Positions 7,781 through 9,032 of a DNA stretch of 9,032 bases are shown piece after piece; position 1 is the stretch's first letter, and the number at the start of each line of letters is the position of its first letter. Where the stretch lies: positions 1 through 9,032 of the forward strand of contig JBHGNT010001396.1 of the NCBI GenBank assembly GCA_043228905.1. The letters are read 5' to 3'. The notes under the pieces are model-generated. The model was given only the letters and a program-made list of their open reading frames with translations. It made no database searches and was not told where the DNA came from. The stretch comes from Azolla caroliniana (Eukaryota > Plantae > Polypodiophyta). A program made the position numbers and the translations under genes.

Positions 7781-7834
<54 letters not shown>
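7781..7834. repeat. (TC)27 microsatellite within the LTR
   Basis: Perfect dinucleotide run read directly from the sequence. Confidence 0.97.
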
Positions 7835-7838
<4 letters not shown>

Positions 7839-7973
7839 ACTCATTCCTTCTCTCAAAGTTCGACACCTCTCATAGTACTAATCCTTCTCTGTCTTAGTAC
7901 TATTCCCCAACAATAGTACTAATCCTTCTTTTAGTACTAATTCCTTCTCTGCCTTAATAGAGTTCCTGACAGT

Positions 7974-7985
7974 TTGAACCGATTT
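7974..7985 (+). other. Self-priming-type primer-binding site
   Basis: TTGAACCGATTT has no TGG start and is the exact reverse complement of AAATCGGTTCAA at 7696-7707 in the same LTR. Confidence 0.8.
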
Positions 7986-8061
7986 TCCTCCTACTAGTCT
8001 CCCTCTTCCTTCTGTCTCTCTCCTTTCCTACTAGTCTCTTATTTCCCTTTTCCTTCATCCC

Positions 8062-9012
8062 ATGGCCACCGTTAGCGCTGAAGAGTATCAATCCGTTTTC
8101 TCGGAATTTCAATGCTTGAAAGAGAAGTTTCATGCTTTGGAACAAGAAAATCAACGCTTGTTGGGGGATCTTCAGCAAATTTCCTTAGAAAAGCAGCAAA
8201 CGCAACAACAGCATGGGGAACTTGCGTTACGCGTGCAACAACTCGAAGCAACCATCGTAGCAATGCAACAACAAGGGCACGGAGCACAAGGGATTCATAA
8301 AGAACCCAAGATTGGCCTTCCCACGAAGTTCGATGGAACGCGATCGCAGTTTAGAGGGTTTCTTAACCAGGTACGGTTAGTTATTCAAATGCATCCGTCC
8401 CGATATCCCACCGATGCATCACGAGTGGGTTTAGTAGGCACGTTGTTAACTGGCTCAGCATTAGCATGGTTCGCACCGCTACTAGAAAAGGAATCTCCAG
8501 TACTAAATAATTTTGAAGAATTCATAAGTGAGTTTAAAGCATGTTTTGGAGATACTGACAGCATAAGGACTGCAATCAACAAAATCCGGCGATTACGCCA
8601 AGGTGACCGTCCAGCCTCCGCATATGCTGCAGATTTCCGCCTACTCGCCGCCGATATCCCCTGGGATGATCAAGCATTGATGGAGCAGTTCCGCTATGGT
8701 CTACGCAACGATGTCAAGGATTTACTCTTGACTTTCCCTGAAGAGCCAAAATCATTAACAGAAGCAATCAGTCGAGCGGTCAGATGTGACAACCGCCTCT
8801 TCGAGCGACGTTCGGAACGACAATTTCAGATGCCGAGGGCAAGATCCGAGCCTACCTATGCCTCAATGGTAGCGAAACCTTTTCAAAGGGAGTCACATAA
8901 TGCGCCTCCAGTAAGTACTCCAACTCCAATGGAAATTGACACTACACGTCGTCGTGGGCCGCTATCGGAGGAGGAAAAGCAACGACGCCGAACAAACCGA
9001 TTATGCCTTTAG
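8062..9012 (+). CDS. gag: Ty3/Gypsy Gag (coiled-coil + capsid), truncated in the zinc knuckle
   Basis: EPKIGLPTKFDGTRSQFRGFLNQ, LLTGSALAWF, LRQGDRPASAYAADFRLLA, QFRYGLRNDVKDLL and PMEID are typical PEG10/sushi-like gag motifs. The ORF stops at RLCL*, with GHIAINC in another frame at 9012-9032. Confidence 0.92.
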   Translation: MATVSAEEYQSVFSEFQCLKEKFHALEQENQRLLGDLQQISLEKQQTQQQHGELALRVQQLEATIVAMQQQGHGAQGIHKEPKIGLPTKFDGTRSQFRGFLNQVRLVIQMHPSRYPTDASRVGLVGTLLTGSALAWFAPLLEKESPVLNNFEEFISEFKACFGDTDSIRTAINKIRRLRQGDRPASAYAADFRLLAADIPWDDQALMEQFRYGLRNDVKDLLLTFPEEPKSLTEAISRAVRCDNRLFERRSERQFQMPRARSEPTYASMVAKPFQRESHNAPPVSTPTPMEIDTTRRRGPLSEEEKQRRRTNRLCL

Positions 9013-9032
9013 GGCATATCGCGATAAACTGT

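Larger units (their letters stand above)
7487..7971 (+). repeat. Gypsy 5' LTR (485 bp)
   Basis: 5-bp terminal inverted repeat TGTCA (7487) / TGACA (7967-7971), internal TATAAAA at 7663-7669, abrupt truncation of the upstream reading frame, and the PBS immediately after. Confidence 0.82.
7487..9032 (+). mobile_element. Ty3/Gypsy LTR retrotransposon (chromovirus-like, Tf1/Tcn1-type features), 5' portion
   Basis: LTR bounded by TGTCA...TGACA, non-tRNA PBS, and a Ty3/Gypsy (PEG10/sushi-like) gag. Continues beyond the right edge. Predicted target-site duplication GGAAT (7482-7486). Confidence 0.9.

Noticed and set aside
7592-7840. ORF with an (ER)n tract
   Set aside because: It is the translation of the (TC)27 microsatellite on the antisense strand of the LTR.
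7954-8582. ORFs 7954..8178(-), 8072..8287(-), 8112..8300(+) and 8385..8582(-)
   Set aside because: They are shadows of gag and the pyrimidine-rich leader.

Overview
Eukaryotic, plant-like transposon-dense DNA (a bryophyte such as a moss is my inference, not demonstrated) with three juxtaposed or nested elements. (1) 1-~2302, minus strand: the 5' part of a degenerate Ty1/Copia LTR retrotransposon (short LTR, tRNA-iMet PBS, gag-knuckle-protease-integrase broken by stops and frameshifts). (2) ~2303-7486: a probable DNA-transposon-derived unit. It has a large Sola-like DDD transposase gene on the minus strand (5437-2657, one in-frame TAG, N-terminal 13-aa repeats, extra C-terminal domain). It also has a divergent spliced gene on the plus strand that the ORF track misses (TATA 6109, exon 1 6260-6294, exon 2 from 7257). 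That gene's 962-nt intron holds an array of ten 25-bp palindromes separated by two recurring spacer types, some inverted. (3) 7487-9032, plus strand: a Ty3/Gypsy element inserted into exon 2. Its 485-bp LTR carries an antisense tRNA-like A/B-box module, a long heat-shock-element array, a TATA box and (TC)27. It is followed by a self-priming-type PBS and a gag ORF with a deleted zinc knuckle. The best candidate for an undescribed system is the transposase + divergent gene + intronic palindrome array. All calls come from reading the sequence by eye; no searches were run.
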